Assembly (NCBI GenBank): GCA_027317865.1
Contig: DAHVQG010000013.1
Location: 17,718-81,717 of the forward strand
DNA length: 64,000 bases
Origin: Bdellovibrionales bacterium
GTDB taxonomy: Bacteria; Bdellovibrionota; Bdellovibrionia; Bdellovibrionales; UBA1609
Reading direction: 5' to 3'
In this document: piece after piece, positions 10,111 to 20,101 of the stretch
Position numbering within the stretch: position 1 is the stretch's first letter
How the letters are laid out: every line of letters begins with the position of its first letter
The notes under the pieces: model-generated
Told to the model about the DNA's origin: nothing
Database searches by the model: none
What the model saw: the letters and a program-made list of their open reading frames with translations, nothing else
Position numbers and translations under genes: made by a program

Positions 10111-10841
10111 AAACGCGAAAAGCACCAATCTTCTCAATTTACTTTATCATGTGTTTTTTTGTAGCCGCTTCGGCGAAGGCCGAATCATCCGCGTCGCTTT
10201 CGGCGACTCGAGAGAACAATCAGGCCATAGGCGCATTAAAGAAAAACGATTCAGACACGGCCGAAAAAAAGTTACTTAAAGCGCTGGGAGCCGATCCATT
10301 TAATCCGATTTTACACTTGAATTTGGGATGGCTTTTTGAAAAAGGAAAAAAGTACAATATGGCGGCGCGCGAATATGAGTCGATTTTGCGGCAGAACGGC
10401 CGTCGTCCCGTGAGCGATGAATTAAAATTCATTGCTCACTTCAACGCGGGGAATGCTTTAGCTGAAAAAAAAGACATTCCGGGAGCTTTGCAGCAGTATC
10501 AAGACGCCCTCGACTTAAAACCAGATTCAAAAAAGACAAAAGTGAACATTGAACTTTTGTTTAAGGGTGGCAAGGGCCAGGGGGGTGGTTCGGGCGGCAA
10601 AAATAAACCCAAGAAAAACAAAAATAAAGGGAATAAAAAGCAGCCCAACAAAAACCGAAATAAAAACCAGAATCAGCGTTACACGAACAAGGGTCATCCT
10701 AAGCCGCAGTTTAACAGCAAAGACTTGACCCGAGAGGACGTGAAAAAAATATTGAGTGAGATAAAATCGGAAGAACAAAAGGTTCGAGCGCGAATTTATG
10801 ACACAAAAACAAAAACTCCGCCTCCACTTAAAGACTGGTAA
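10107..10841 (+). CDS. batC: BatC-like TPR protein
   Basis: GTG at 10107 overlaps batB stop; signal peptide; TPRs (HFNAGNAL..YQDALDLKP..KVNIEL); low-complexity K/N/Q linker; C-terminal KDW. Confidence 0.75.
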   Translation: MKTRKAPIFSIYFIMCFFVAASAKAESSASLSATRENNQAIGALKKNDSDTAEKKLLKALGADPFNPILHLNLGWLFEKGKKYNMAAREYESILRQNGRRPVSDELKFIAHFNAGNALAEKKDIPGALQQYQDALDLKPDSKKTKVNIELLFKGGKGQGGGSGGKNKPKKNKNKGNKKQPNKNRNKNQNQRYTNKGHPKPQFNSKDLTREDVKKILSEIKSEEQKVRARIYDTKTKTPPPLKDW

Positions 10842-10866
10842 AAAGGCGGGCAAAAAAAACGGCGAA

Positions 10867-12831
10867 ATGTTGGTGGCGATTTTCGCCACCGTTTTGCTTA
10901 CACTGGCGCTTTTGATGGTCCCGGCGCGCGCTTTTGCGAAACTCACGGTCACAATTTCGACAAGCCCTTCGCTCGGAGGCGCAGGCCATAACACGGTTCG
11001 TGTACGTCCCGGAACACCCTTTACTTACACAATTTCTGTAAGTTCAGATAAGTCGACGTCGTTTCCGCGCCCGAAGCACCCGGATTTTACCGGTTTTGAT
11101 AATGAAGGTGAAAGCACTCAAAGTTCGACATCGGTGAATTTCACAAATGGGGCGCTACAAAGCAGCCAAACCACTAGTTATTCGTACCAACTGGTGCCCG
11201 AAAAAGGTGGCACATATACTTTGGGGCCGGCTACAGTTGCGGCTGGCGGCAAACTATATAAGTCTCAGTCAATTATCGTGAAGGTGAGCCGTCACGCTCC
11301 GCAGGTGACGTCGGGTTCAGCGGGATCAAATCAACTTAATTTATTTGGTAATGGACCTAGCGCAGCCGATCTTTTCAGTAAACTGCTTCAGGAGCAAATG
11401 GGTGGGTTTTTTCGCCCCACTCCCGGCTTGCCGTCGGCGAAATCGAGCCACCTTTATTTCATTCAGGCCGTGGTCAATCGTCATAAGGCGTATGTCGGCC
11501 AGCAAGTTACGGTCACATATTACTTAGTGACCCGGGCGCAAATTGCGGACATCGATACACTAAGATATCCGAACCTTACTGGTTTTTGGAAGGAAGACAT
11601 CGACATCGCGACGGAACTCAATTTTAATCCGGTTAGTTTTAACGGAGTGACGTATCAACGCGCGCTTTTGGCCAGTTATGCGCTGTTTCCGCTTCATGCG
11701 GGTGTGATTAAAATTGATTCGTATCAAACGAAGTGCAAAGTCGTCGTTGCCAATAATATGGGTTTGCCTGAGACGGAGAACGTCGTTCGAGAAAGTGGCG
11801 AGATACCGATTGAGGTTAAACCGTTACCGACAACGGGTAAGCCAGCTCATTTTTCTGGCGGGGTCGGCCAATTCGTGGCGACCGATTCAGTGGACAACAC
11901 GAGTACACAGGTCGGGCAACCGGTTACGCTCACAATGCGAATTGAAGGTAAAGGTAACGCCAAGCTTGCCGATATGCCAAAACTGCACCTCGGTACTCAG
12001 GCGCAAATCTTCGATTCAAAAAAGACAATGAAATTTGACCCTGACGGTCACAGTTTTAAACAAGACCAAGTGCTGATTGTCCCGCAAAAAGCGGGGACGC
12101 TAAAGATCCCGCCTTTTGATTTCTGGTTTTTTAATCCGCACACGAAACGGTATTATGACTCCAAAACCAGTGCGATTGCCATTCAAGTTGCGCCGGGTAA
12201 TGGTAACACTCCGTATGCGACACCGGCCCCGGTATTGGCAAACATCGGTGGTTCGGGGTCGGTTGCTGTCACAAACAAAAATGTGATGCCGGGCCTCTTA
12301 CTGACGCCCGAACCGTCAGGGCCAATTGCACATCTTTCATCGGTTCAAATCGCCGGTCTTTGGGGCACGTTGTGGGGGATGAGTGCGCTCGTGCTTGGGG
12401 TGTTGGCGTGGCAGCAGTTGCGCGAGACCGATTCGCGCGAAGACTTAAGCCAAAAAATCGATCGGCGTTTAAAAGTAATTCAAGCCGCGGCTAACGGCGG
12501 CCAATATCGCGATGTCGGTCGAGTGGCGACTGAAACAATACATCAAGTCCTTGGTGAAATCGCCGGTTTGGGCGGGGCAAGTTACGAATTTGAACGAATG
12601 GCTGAACATGCGCCGCCGAGTTTTAAACGGGAATTGGTTCCGCCGCTACGGTCGCTGTTGAGCCGTCTCGAAGCGCTCGCCTACGCACCTGAAGCGATGG
12701 TGGAGCCGCTTCGTGAGAAAGCCGAACTTAAAAAACTGGTCAGTGAGGCCCACCGGCTCTTACATTTGGCTGCGCAATATGATTTTACGTCAAAACGAAA
12801 CGCCACTCGTCCGTCTGACCCAAGAACGTAG
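10867..12831 (+). CDS. batD: BatD family protein
   Basis: Signal peptide (ARAFA); repeated Ig-like segments (AYVGQQVTVTY, VKPLP..GKP..FSGGVGQF, GKGN); C-terminal TM. Confidence 0.8.
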   Translation: MLVAIFATVLLTLALLMVPARAFAKLTVTISTSPSLGGAGHNTVRVRPGTPFTYTISVSSDKSTSFPRPKHPDFTGFDNEGESTQSSTSVNFTNGALQSSQTTSYSYQLVPEKGGTYTLGPATVAAGGKLYKSQSIIVKVSRHAPQVTSGSAGSNQLNLFGNGPSAADLFSKLLQEQMGGFFRPTPGLPSAKSSHLYFIQAVVNRHKAYVGQQVTVTYYLVTRAQIADIDTLRYPNLTGFWKEDIDIATELNFNPVSFNGVTYQRALLASYALFPLHAGVIKIDSYQTKCKVVVANNMGLPETENVVRESGEIPIEVKPLPTTGKPAHFSGGVGQFVATDSVDNTSTQVGQPVTLTMRIEGKGNAKLADMPKLHLGTQAQIFDSKKTMKFDPDGHSFKQDQVLIVPQKAGTLKIPPFDFWFFNPHTKRYYDSKTSAIAIQVAPGNGNTPYATPAPVLANIGGSGSVAVTNKNVMPGLLLTPEPSGPIAHLSSVQIAGLWGTLWGMSALVLGVLAWQQLRETDSREDLSQKIDRRLKVIQAAANGGQYRDVGRVATETIHQVLGEIAGLGGASYEFERMAEHAPPSFKRELVPPLRSLLSRLEALAYAPEAMVEPLREKAELKKLVSEAHRLLHLAAQYDFTSKRNATRPSDPRT

Positions 12832-12850
12832 TACGAGTACGGGGCTGTAA

Positions 12851-14596
12851 ATGAAAATTATTTTGTTTATTTTGCTTACAGTTTCTAGCGTTGCCAGCGC
12901 GCGAACATTTCATTTGGTTACCGTGCGATTCGACGAACATTTGGCGGCATGGATCCCAAAATCGCGCGTGACCGGTTTAACCGAGGTAGAAAGAGCTTTG
13001 TTAAACCGGAACTGGCCGCTGTGCTCGCGGCTTGCGCGCAAAGCATTTTGGAGCTATCCATCCGTACGTGCCTGGGTTCTCGCCGTTCAGGTGCAATGTG
13101 AAACCAATCAATTTAACAAAAGTCGGAACCACGATAGCCGAATGGTAAGGCCGCTGACGACGACTTTGAAGTATGGTTGGGGGCGGTCAAAGTGGCTGCT
13201 CAATGGGCCGCAAGCGAACGAGTTGCGCGTAAATCTGATCGACGGGACATTGTCAGTTTTAGGTGCCGTTGCGAAGGGCCCCCGTATAAATGTAAGCCGG
13301 GCCGAAAAATGGAGTTTGATCAATTCGATATTGGCGGCGCAAAGCTGGTTAAATGCGTCCGAACAAGTCCGTCTATACGGCGATGTGAGCGCGATCAGCA
13401 AAGCCGAAGGGCATCCGCAAACAGCGGTGCAATATGCGGCGTTAGTGCAGAAATTGACCGCGCCGGTCAACGTTGTTTCGGCGCCAACAAACAATTCGAC
13501 GCCGCCAGGGCCGACATTATTTGAAAAAGCGATGACCGAGTTTCAGCAAAAAGAATACTCTGATGCCGCCGCGGATTTTGAGAAATATCTCGCGAGCGGC
13601 CAAACGGCGGACAACCTTTCGGCAATGTATTGGAGTTGGCGCGCTTATCAAAAAATGAATTCATCGAAAGCGCAAAAAGCTGTCGCGCGCCTGATATCGC
13701 ATTTTCCGCTTAGTTATTATGGCCTGCGCGCGCGGGCCGAATTAAGTAAAAGCGGGGGCATTACGTTCCCCGAAAAATTTGCGCATCCAGTGCGGTATGT
13801 GTTGGCTCTTCGCCAGCCGGAATGGCAAGCCTGGAACAACTATTTACTTTTTATTAAAGCGGGTTGGTTTAAACAGGCGCAAGCCGAAATTCGATCGTTT
13901 GTAGCGCCCGCGACTTTGGCGGGCGAATTGATTTACGCCAAACTCTTTAGTTCGGCTCACGATTATCAAACCGCCGCGCAATATCTGACACTGGCGTTCG
14001 CGCAAGATCCCAAGGTCATTACGATTGAAGCGCTCAAGACGATTTATCCGGATGTCTATCATCGTATTATTGATCAAGCTTCGCATCGGTTTGGTTTATC
14101 GACGGTATTGGTTCAGGCGGTTATCAAACAAGAAAGTTCATACGACGCCAATGCGGTGAGCCCGGCCGGAGCAATTGGGCTTATGCAGCTCATGCCGGTT
14201 ACGGCCGAACAACTTGCACGCGATATGTACATGCCACTTCGCAATGTTTCTAGCGATTTAACTGAACCAAAAATTAATATTCTTTTGGGAGCGGATTACT
14301 TGCATCGCGAATTGCATGACTTTAATAATAATTTGCCGCTAGCGCTGGCTGCTTACAATGCGGGCATCGGCAATGTTCGAAATTGGTTGCAATCAAGGCC
14401 GGATGCAAGTTCCATTAAAACTGCTCCAACGTCAGACCCTACATCTGAACTTTGGTTTGATGAGTTACCGTGGCGGCAAACACGACAATATATTCAGTCC
14501 ATTTTACGAAACATTTTGTTGTACCGTATGCTCGATCGGCACAGCCGGCGACTCGACTTAAGTGAGAAATCGGTTGTTTTCCATCGCGGGTTCTGA
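12851..14596 (+). CDS. Soluble lytic murein transglycosylase (Slt-like, TPR + SLT domain)
   Basis: AVIKQESSY, SPAGAIGLMQLMP, ALAAYNAG motifs; signal peptide. Confidence 0.9.
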   Translation: MKIILFILLTVSSVASARTFHLVTVRFDEHLAAWIPKSRVTGLTEVERALLNRNWPLCSRLARKAFWSYPSVRAWVLAVQVQCETNQFNKSRNHDSRMVRPLTTTLKYGWGRSKWLLNGPQANELRVNLIDGTLSVLGAVAKGPRINVSRAEKWSLINSILAAQSWLNASEQVRLYGDVSAISKAEGHPQTAVQYAALVQKLTAPVNVVSAPTNNSTPPGPTLFEKAMTEFQQKEYSDAAADFEKYLASGQTADNLSAMYWSWRAYQKMNSSKAQKAVARLISHFPLSYYGLRARAELSKSGGITFPEKFAHPVRYVLALRQPEWQAWNNYLLFIKAGWFKQAQAEIRSFVAPATLAGELIYAKLFSSAHDYQTAAQYLTLAFAQDPKVITIEALKTIYPDVYHRIIDQASHRFGLSTVLVQAVIKQESSYDANAVSPAGAIGLMQLMPVTAEQLARDMYMPLRNVSSDLTEPKINILLGADYLHRELHDFNNNLPLALAAYNAGIGNVRNWLQSRPDASSIKTAPTSDPTSELWFDELPWRQTRQYIQSILRNILLYRMLDRHSRRLDLSEKSVVFHRGF

Positions 14597-14606
14597 TTAC
14601 ACTAAG

Positions 14607-16358
14607 ATGATGGATATAAATTCAGCGCGCCGCGCGGTCGTGCTATTATTTTTAAGTGCGACCGTCAGTCTAACAGCATGTAGTTACCTTCGAGTCAGTC
14701 CTCAAACTCATCCCATCACCGATGTCGTTCGAGTTATCCCAGCAAAGGGCTATAAGCCCGACGCCCGCTACGGAAAACTGAGTCTTCAAACGAACCCATG
14801 GGTTGACCAGTGGATCAGTTATTTTACCGGACGCGGTCGCAACTATATGCAACTGTATTTGGAGCGATCGTCCCGTTACATCCCACTGATGAAAGAAGTG
14901 TTTCGCGATCGCGGAATGCCGCAAAGATTGGCGTACTTGGCGATCGTCGAATCCGGACTGAATGCGGATGCGTTTTCATATGCCAGTGCCGTCGGTTATT
15001 GGCAATTCATGAGCTACACCGGTCGACGCTACAATTTGCGAATTGACCGTTACGTTGATGAGCGGCGCGATCCGATATTGTCGACCGAAGCGGCCGCGAC
15101 CTATCTCGATTCGTTATACAGCGTGTTCGGCAATTGGTATCTTGCTTTGGCGGCTTACAATACGGGGCAAGGCCGGGTTATGCGTGCGGTTATGCATTAT
15201 CACACGCGCAACTTCTGGAAGTTGTGCCATTACCGCTGGGCTTTGCCGCTTCAAACCAAAAATTATATTCCAAAATTCATTGCGACCGTCTTGATTGCCG
15301 AAAATCCTCAAAAATACGGTTTCAATAACATTGACACGCAACCGGCATTTAAATTTGATTCCGTCGTCATTCACAGGCCGATTAGTCTTGAAAAATTGGC
15401 TAAAGAACTTCACGTTGACTATAACGAATTGAAATTAATGAACCCCCGCTACAAGAGCGATTATGTGCCTGTATACGCCGATCGCATCAATGCCATTCGC
15501 GTCCCGGTGGGTATGAAAGCACAAGCCATCGCGGATCTTAGCGGGGCTTACAGTTCGGGTCCAAAATACTACGCGACTTCGTTTCACTACTATCGCGTTC
15601 GCCCCGGCGACAGTTTGATCGGAATGGCATATCGCTTTCACACAACTGTCGCTCGTCTTTGTTATATGAACGGCATTTCATCACGTGGCATCATTCGTGC
15701 CGGTCGATTGATGAGAGTGCCTTACGGCTATTCGCCTGAACGTTATGATCGTTCGATTGCCTCTGTTCGGACGAACCCGGCGAGCTTCGATCGCGGAGGG
15801 TACCAGTACTACCGCATTCGCCCCGGTGATAATCTTGATGAAATCGCGGTACGTTTTCATGTGTTTATGGACAATCTTTTAAGGTTGAACCATTTCTCTC
15901 GGCGCACGATGATTCGAGTGGGCCAGCTCATAAAAATTCAACGTCTCGGTGGTGCGGCGCCGCGAGCGATAGCGTCTGTTCGACAAGCGGTTCGACATGG
16001 AAATTACAAGTACTATCGAATTCGTCGTGGCGATAATCTCGATTATATCGCCCGGCGCTTTCACACGTCAGTCGCGAGACTTGTGCGGATGAACCATATT
16101 TCACGGCATTCGATGATTCGGGCAGGGCAGCTTTTGAAAGTTCAACGAGTGGTATCGTCAACGCACACCACGAGTTTTGTGAGCAGAAATGGTATACGTG
16201 GGCGTTTGCACATTGTTCGTCCGGGTGAAAATCTCACTTTGATTGCCCATCGATTTAAGGTCAGCATTTCAGAAATTGCACATGCCAATTCTCTTCAGCC
16301 CGATTCAAAACTTCTCGCCGGGACTGAACTCATCATTCCCAGTTACCGAGTGAACTAA
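14607..16358 (+). CDS. mltD: MltD-like lytic transglycosylase lipoprotein with four LysM domains
   Basis: Lipobox LTAC; IVESG, AVGYWQF, DERRDP, LAAYN.G; four LysM repeats (YRVRPGDSL, YRIRPGDNL, YRIRRGDNL, HIVRPGENL); start chosen at ATG 14607. Confidence 0.85.
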   Translation: MMDINSARRAVVLLFLSATVSLTACSYLRVSPQTHPITDVVRVIPAKGYKPDARYGKLSLQTNPWVDQWISYFTGRGRNYMQLYLERSSRYIPLMKEVFRDRGMPQRLAYLAIVESGLNADAFSYASAVGYWQFMSYTGRRYNLRIDRYVDERRDPILSTEAAATYLDSLYSVFGNWYLALAAYNTGQGRVMRAVMHYHTRNFWKLCHYRWALPLQTKNYIPKFIATVLIAENPQKYGFNNIDTQPAFKFDSVVIHRPISLEKLAKELHVDYNELKLMNPRYKSDYVPVYADRINAIRVPVGMKAQAIADLSGAYSSGPKYYATSFHYYRVRPGDSLIGMAYRFHTTVARLCYMNGISSRGIIRAGRLMRVPYGYSPERYDRSIASVRTNPASFDRGGYQYYRIRPGDNLDEIAVRFHVFMDNLLRLNHFSRRTMIRVGQLIKIQRLGGAAPRAIASVRQAVRHGNYKYYRIRRGDNLDYIARRFHTSVARLVRMNHISRHSMIRAGQLLKVQRVVSSTHTTSFVSRNGIRGRLHIVRPGENLTLIAHRFKVSISEIAHANSLQPDSKLLAGTELIIPSYRVN

Positions 16359-16504
16359 ACGTCTAGCTTAATAAATTTTAATGTTAGATTTTTGCTAGAA
16401 ACCTAGACCAAGATCCTGATTGTTAAGTTATTGACTCTAGACTTTTTAAAAAATTCTGCGGGATGATCAAGACCAAAGACGCGTACACCGCGCAAGGAGG
16501 GGTC

Positions 16505-17572
16505 ATGAACAGGATGAAAGCAGGGGTCTGTCAACTTGCGATTATATTCATCGCAGGTCTTAGTATTATCGGATTTTCGAATAATAGTTGGGCGTGGGGT
16601 TTTCTCGGCCACGAATCAATCGCGTTGATTGCGCAAGAGCACATGACTCCCGCAGCACTCGCCGAAGTTCATGCCATTCTCGGCAACATGACGATGGAGC
16701 AAGCCGCAGCTTGGCCCGACACGATTAAACAGGAGCCGCAATGGGCACACACGGCGTCTTATCACTTCATCAATATAAAACTTGGACAATCGTATTTTTC
16801 ACAATACAGCCGACCTGGTTTTCTGCAAAAAGGTGACGCCATACGAGCGTTGGTAAAAGCTGAAAATATTTTGCGAAGCCGTTCTTCAACGATGATTCAG
16901 AAAAAATATGCGCTCTGTTTTTTGGAGCATATCGAGGGCGATTTGCATCAACCGCTTCATGAAGCCAACCGGGCGCGCGGGGGCAATAGCATTAAAATTA
17001 CATTTTTTGGGCGCAGTACGAACCTCCACGCCATTTGGGATTACGGAATGCTTTTTGAAATTCTTTGGGGGCAACCGCGATCGCCGAACGGGTATAAAAA
17101 TATAACGGTTCAAGATGCGGCAAAACTCGTCAGTATGTTACCAGTGGCGACACCGGCCGAAATTGCAACCTGGCAAAATTCGTACATTCTCGATTGGTCG
17201 CGAGATGCGCGGTCGAGACTCCCCGAAATTTTTAAAGATTGGAATGGTAACAGCCAAAGCTATTACAGTAAGTATGGTCCCTACGCCGAAGAGATGATTG
17301 AAAAAGCCGGTTATCGATTGGCAGCTTGGCTCGACGCCATAATGACCAATCAACCGTTTCAAGCACAAAAAGCTCAAGCATTGCGGCAAGAAATATTGGC
17401 GCATATGGGTGGCAAAGATCAATATCCGATCGTGCTTCAGCCTGAGAACGGTGGAGGCCAAGGTTCGGGCGGCGGTTGGCATCACGGCGGCAGTGGTGGC
17501 TGGCATCATGGCGGCAGTGGTGGCTGGCATCATGGCGGCAATGGTGGATCCCATCATTGGCATAACGGCTGA
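16505..17572 (+). CDS. Secreted S1/P1 nuclease with C-terminal His/Trp/Gly repeat tail
   Basis: Signal peptide then W-G-x-x-G-H, AAWPD, H.EGDLHQPLH, GGN, NLHAIWD zinc-ligand motifs; SD AAGGAGG before ATG 16505. Confidence 0.92.
   Translation: MNRMKAGVCQLAIIFIAGLSIIGFSNNSWAWGFLGHESIALIAQEHMTPAALAEVHAILGNMTMEQAAAWPDTIKQEPQWAHTASYHFINIKLGQSYFSQYSRPGFLQKGDAIRALVKAENILRSRSSTMIQKKYALCFLEHIEGDLHQPLHEANRARGGNSIKITFFGRSTNLHAIWDYGMLFEILWGQPRSPNGYKNITVQDAAKLVSMLPVATPAEIATWQNSYILDWSRDARSRLPEIFKDWNGNSQSYYSKYGPYAEEMIEKAGYRLAAWLDAIMTNQPFQAQKAQALRQEILAHMGGKDQYPIVLQPENGGGQGSGGGWHHGGSGGWHHGGSGGWHHGGNGGSHHWHNG
17471..17566 (+). repeat. 24-nt coding tandem repeat (GGWHHGGS/N x3 plus a degenerate fourth unit)
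   Basis: ggcggttggcatcacggcggcagt / ggtggctggcatcatggcggcagt / ggtggctggcatcatggcggcaat / ggtggatcccatcattggcataac. Confidence 0.9.
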
Positions 17573-17595
17573 TTAATAAACTAAAATTATCACGC

Positions 17596-17638
17596 CTTAC
17601 CGCTAACTAACTCGAGTTTAGGGATTTTTAGCGGTAAG
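17596..17638. terminator. Hairpin between convergent nuclease and mrp genes (probable terminator)
   Basis: Perfect 11-bp inverted repeat cttaccgctaa / ttagcggtaag. Confidence 0.6.
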
Positions 17639-17644
17639 AACCGT

Positions 17645-18466
17645 TCACTCCGTAGTCGTTGCGCGGATCACTTTTTCGGCAATGTCGCTGAATTGTTGCG
17701 AAATTGCCCCGTCAGGTTCAGAGGCAACGATGGGAATGCCGGCTTCTGAACTGAGACCGATGTGTGGATCAAAAGCAATCTCGCCGAGCTTTGGAATTTT
17801 CAATTGATCAAGATAACTGTTTAGCTCGCCGCGCGGAAATAGTTGCACGCGTTGACTCGGGCTACCGTTTGCACCAGGCAAATTTAAATAAGACATGTTT
17901 TCAATCACGCCGAGTATCGGTACGTGGACTTGTTGAAACATATCCACAGCTTTGCGAGCGTCAACAAGCGCCAAATTTTGCGGAGTGCAAACAATGACAG
18001 CCCCCGCAACCGGAACTCTTTGCGCCATGGTGAGAGCCACATCGCCCGTACCTGGTGGTAGATCGACCACAAGATAATCAAGTTCACCCCAATCGACGTC
18101 GTGCAAGAACTGATCGAGCGCTTTAAAAAGCATGGGGCCGCGCCAGATAACGGCCTGCGATTCTTCAACAATAAACCCAATGCTCATGAGAAAAAGCCCG
18201 TGGCGCACAAGTGGCTGCATGCGAGCCTTTCCCGTTTCACTCTTAACAAATGAAGGTTTTTGGTAAAGAGCGCCGAACATACGCGGAATTGAAGGGCCAT
18301 GAATATCGGCGTCCAATAGGCCGACCTTTTGTCCAGATTGCTTCATGGCCAGCGCCAAGTTGGCGGCGACCGTGGATTTGCCGACTCCGCCTTTGCCGGA
18401 ACCAACCAAGATTATTTTTTTTATGCCCGCGATCGGCGCTTGGAGATCAAATGGGTTCATTGACAT
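17645..18466 (-). CDS. mrp: Mrp/ApbC/NBP35 Fe-S cluster carrier ATPase
   Basis: GKGGVGKST, DADIHGPSIP, WRGPM, DLPPGTGD, ENMS; start chosen at 18466 after SD GGGAG. Confidence 0.92.
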   Translation of the reverse strand: MSMNPFDLQAPIAGIKKIILVGSGKGGVGKSTVAANLALAMKQSGQKVGLLDADIHGPSIPRMFGALYQKPSFVKSETGKARMQPLVRHGLFLMSIGFIVEESQAVIWRGPMLFKALDQFLHDVDWGELDYLVVDLPPGTGDVALTMAQRVPVAGAVIVCTPQNLALVDARKAVDMFQQVHVPILGVIENMSYLNLPGANGSPSQRVQLFPRGELNSYLDQLKIPKLGEIAFDPHIGLSSEAGIPIVASEPDGAISQQFSDIAEKVIRATTTE

Positions 18467-18493
18467 GTTTACTCCCGAAGCAAAAAATGAGGT

Positions 18494-18880
18494 ATGGATC
18501 CCAAAGTTCTCCATTTTTTATACCTGAATGGTCTTGTGGTCCTAGTGTTGATTTTGTATCTGGTGCGACGTCCCAAAAAACGCATTCCAAGATTGAAATT
18601 GCGCAATTTTTTGTCGAAAGGTGACGCGATGGTTGCGCACACGGTTGATTTTGCCAATGCCCCCGAGCAAACCGTGCGGCGAGAGCGCCGCTTGAACGTG
18701 ATTTTTCAGTTCAACGGTCATGACTTTGACGCCTATGAGATTCTTGGTTTACCAGCCGGCAGCCAATGGCAGGCGGTTGAAGTCGCTTACGAAAAAATGG
18801 TCAAATCTGCTGATCCAGGTGACGACGAAATATACCATCATGCATTCAATGCCATTCGCCGTTCAGTGAGCGGCGGGTAA
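18494..18880 (+). CDS. Membrane-anchored protein with degenerate DnaJ-like C-terminus
   Basis: N-terminal TM; DAYEILGLP...VEVAY resembles J-domain helices I-II; no HPD motif. Confidence 0.6.
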   Translation: MDPKVLHFLYLNGLVVLVLILYLVRRPKKRIPRLKLRNFLSKGDAMVAHTVDFANAPEQTVRRERRLNVIFQFNGHDFDAYEILGLPAGSQWQAVEVAYEKMVKSADPGDDEIYHHAFNAIRRSVSGG

Positions 18881-18906
18881 GTGAGTCGAGAATAATTCTT
18901 GCCGTT

Positions 18907-20094
18907 TTGAATCGTCGTCCCGTAGAACTGTACGAACAGGGGGTTCTCGTGGCGGGCGGTCTCTTTTTTCTTTTCGGCGCAACAGTCGGAGCAATTTTGG
19001 GAGTGCTAATTGGGTATTACTGGCATTCCAAAGGCCGTGTTCAGGACGACAAGTTGGTGCAAGAGCTGCGAGAACGTGCCGAACTTCAATTTGAAAATTT
19101 GGCCAACCGTATTTTCGAATCAAAGGCCAAAACGTTGAGTGAAACTGCAAAATCACTCAATGAAAATGCCGAAAAAAATCTTGAAGGCATTCTCAAGCCT
19201 CTCCGCGAACATTTGCAGAAATTCGAAAAATCAGTGGATGAAAAATACACAACCGAAGCCAAAGAACGGTACGTTCTTAAATCTGAAATTGAAAAATTGA
19301 TTTCGCTCAACGACAAGATGGCCGTCGAGACCAAGTCACTTACCGATGCTTTGCGCGGCGACAACAAAGTGGCCGGTGACTGGGGCGAGATGGTTTTAAA
19401 ACGAGTGCTTGAGGCATCCGGCCTGCGCGAGGGCCACGAGTATTTTGAGCAACAATCTCATGCCAATGACGACGGCGACCGGATGCGCCCCGACGTTGTG
19501 ATTCAATTGCCCGACAATAAACATGTGATTGTCGATTCAAAGGTTTCACTTCGCGCATTCGATGCGTATCGCGCCTCAAATGATGACGGCGATAAACAGA
19601 AATGGTTAAATGAGCATTTAAAATCCATTGAACGGCACGTAACGGAATTGAGCGACAAAAATTACGCAAAACTGAAGGGCATCAAGTCGCCGGACATCGT
19701 GCTCATGTTTATTCCTATAGAGCCAGCGTACGTTTTAGCTATGCACGCCGATTCGGACCTGTCGCTTCGTGCGTGGCAAAAGGGCGTGGCGATTGTCACG
19801 GCAACGACTCTGCTGACAAGTCTTAAAACAATAGCGTCAATTTGGCGCGTCGATAAACAAAATCGAAACGCCATCGAGATCGCCCAAGAAGGGGCGAAAC
19901 TCTACGACAAATTTGTCGGATTTCTTGAGGAGTTTGAGAAGATCGGTCATACGTTTGAGACCGGACAAAAACAGTATGCTTCGGCGATGAACAAGTTGCA
20001 TGACGGCCCCGGCAACGTATTTCGCAAGATGGAGCGTCTGCGTGAATTGGGCGCATCTCCGAGCAAGAGCCTGCCAGCCGATCGACTTGAATAG
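18907..20094 (+). CDS. rmuC: DNA recombination protein RmuC
   Basis: N-terminal TM, coiled coil, GDWGEMVL.RVLE.SGL, RPDVVI.LP, VDSKVSL, MFIPIE; true start may be slightly downstream. Confidence 0.92.
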   Translation: MNRRPVELYEQGVLVAGGLFFLFGATVGAILGVLIGYYWHSKGRVQDDKLVQELRERAELQFENLANRIFESKAKTLSETAKSLNENAEKNLEGILKPLREHLQKFEKSVDEKYTTEAKERYVLKSEIEKLISLNDKMAVETKSLTDALRGDNKVAGDWGEMVLKRVLEASGLREGHEYFEQQSHANDDGDRMRPDVVIQLPDNKHVIVDSKVSLRAFDAYRASNDDGDKQKWLNEHLKSIERHVTELSDKNYAKLKGIKSPDIVLMFIPIEPAYVLAMHADSDLSLRAWQKGVAIVTATTLLTSLKTIASIWRVDKQNRNAIEIAQEGAKLYDKFVGFLEEFEKIGHTFETGQKQYASAMNKLHDGPGNVFRKMERLRELGASPSKSLPADRLE

Positions 20095-20101
20095 TTGATC
20101 T

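Noticed and set aside
10566-10700. Low-complexity G/K/N/Q stretch in the TPR protein
   Set aside because: A low-complexity linker at this position is typical of BatC-like proteins.
16359-16504. Possible Pho-box-like repeats upstream of the S1/P1 nuclease
   Set aside because: The TTAAT/TAGA repeats have irregular spacing and are too weak in AT-rich DNA to support a call.
17138-17563. Minus-strand ORF with MMPATTAA repeats
   Set aside because: It is the antisense reading of the GGWHHGGS repeat in the nuclease gene.
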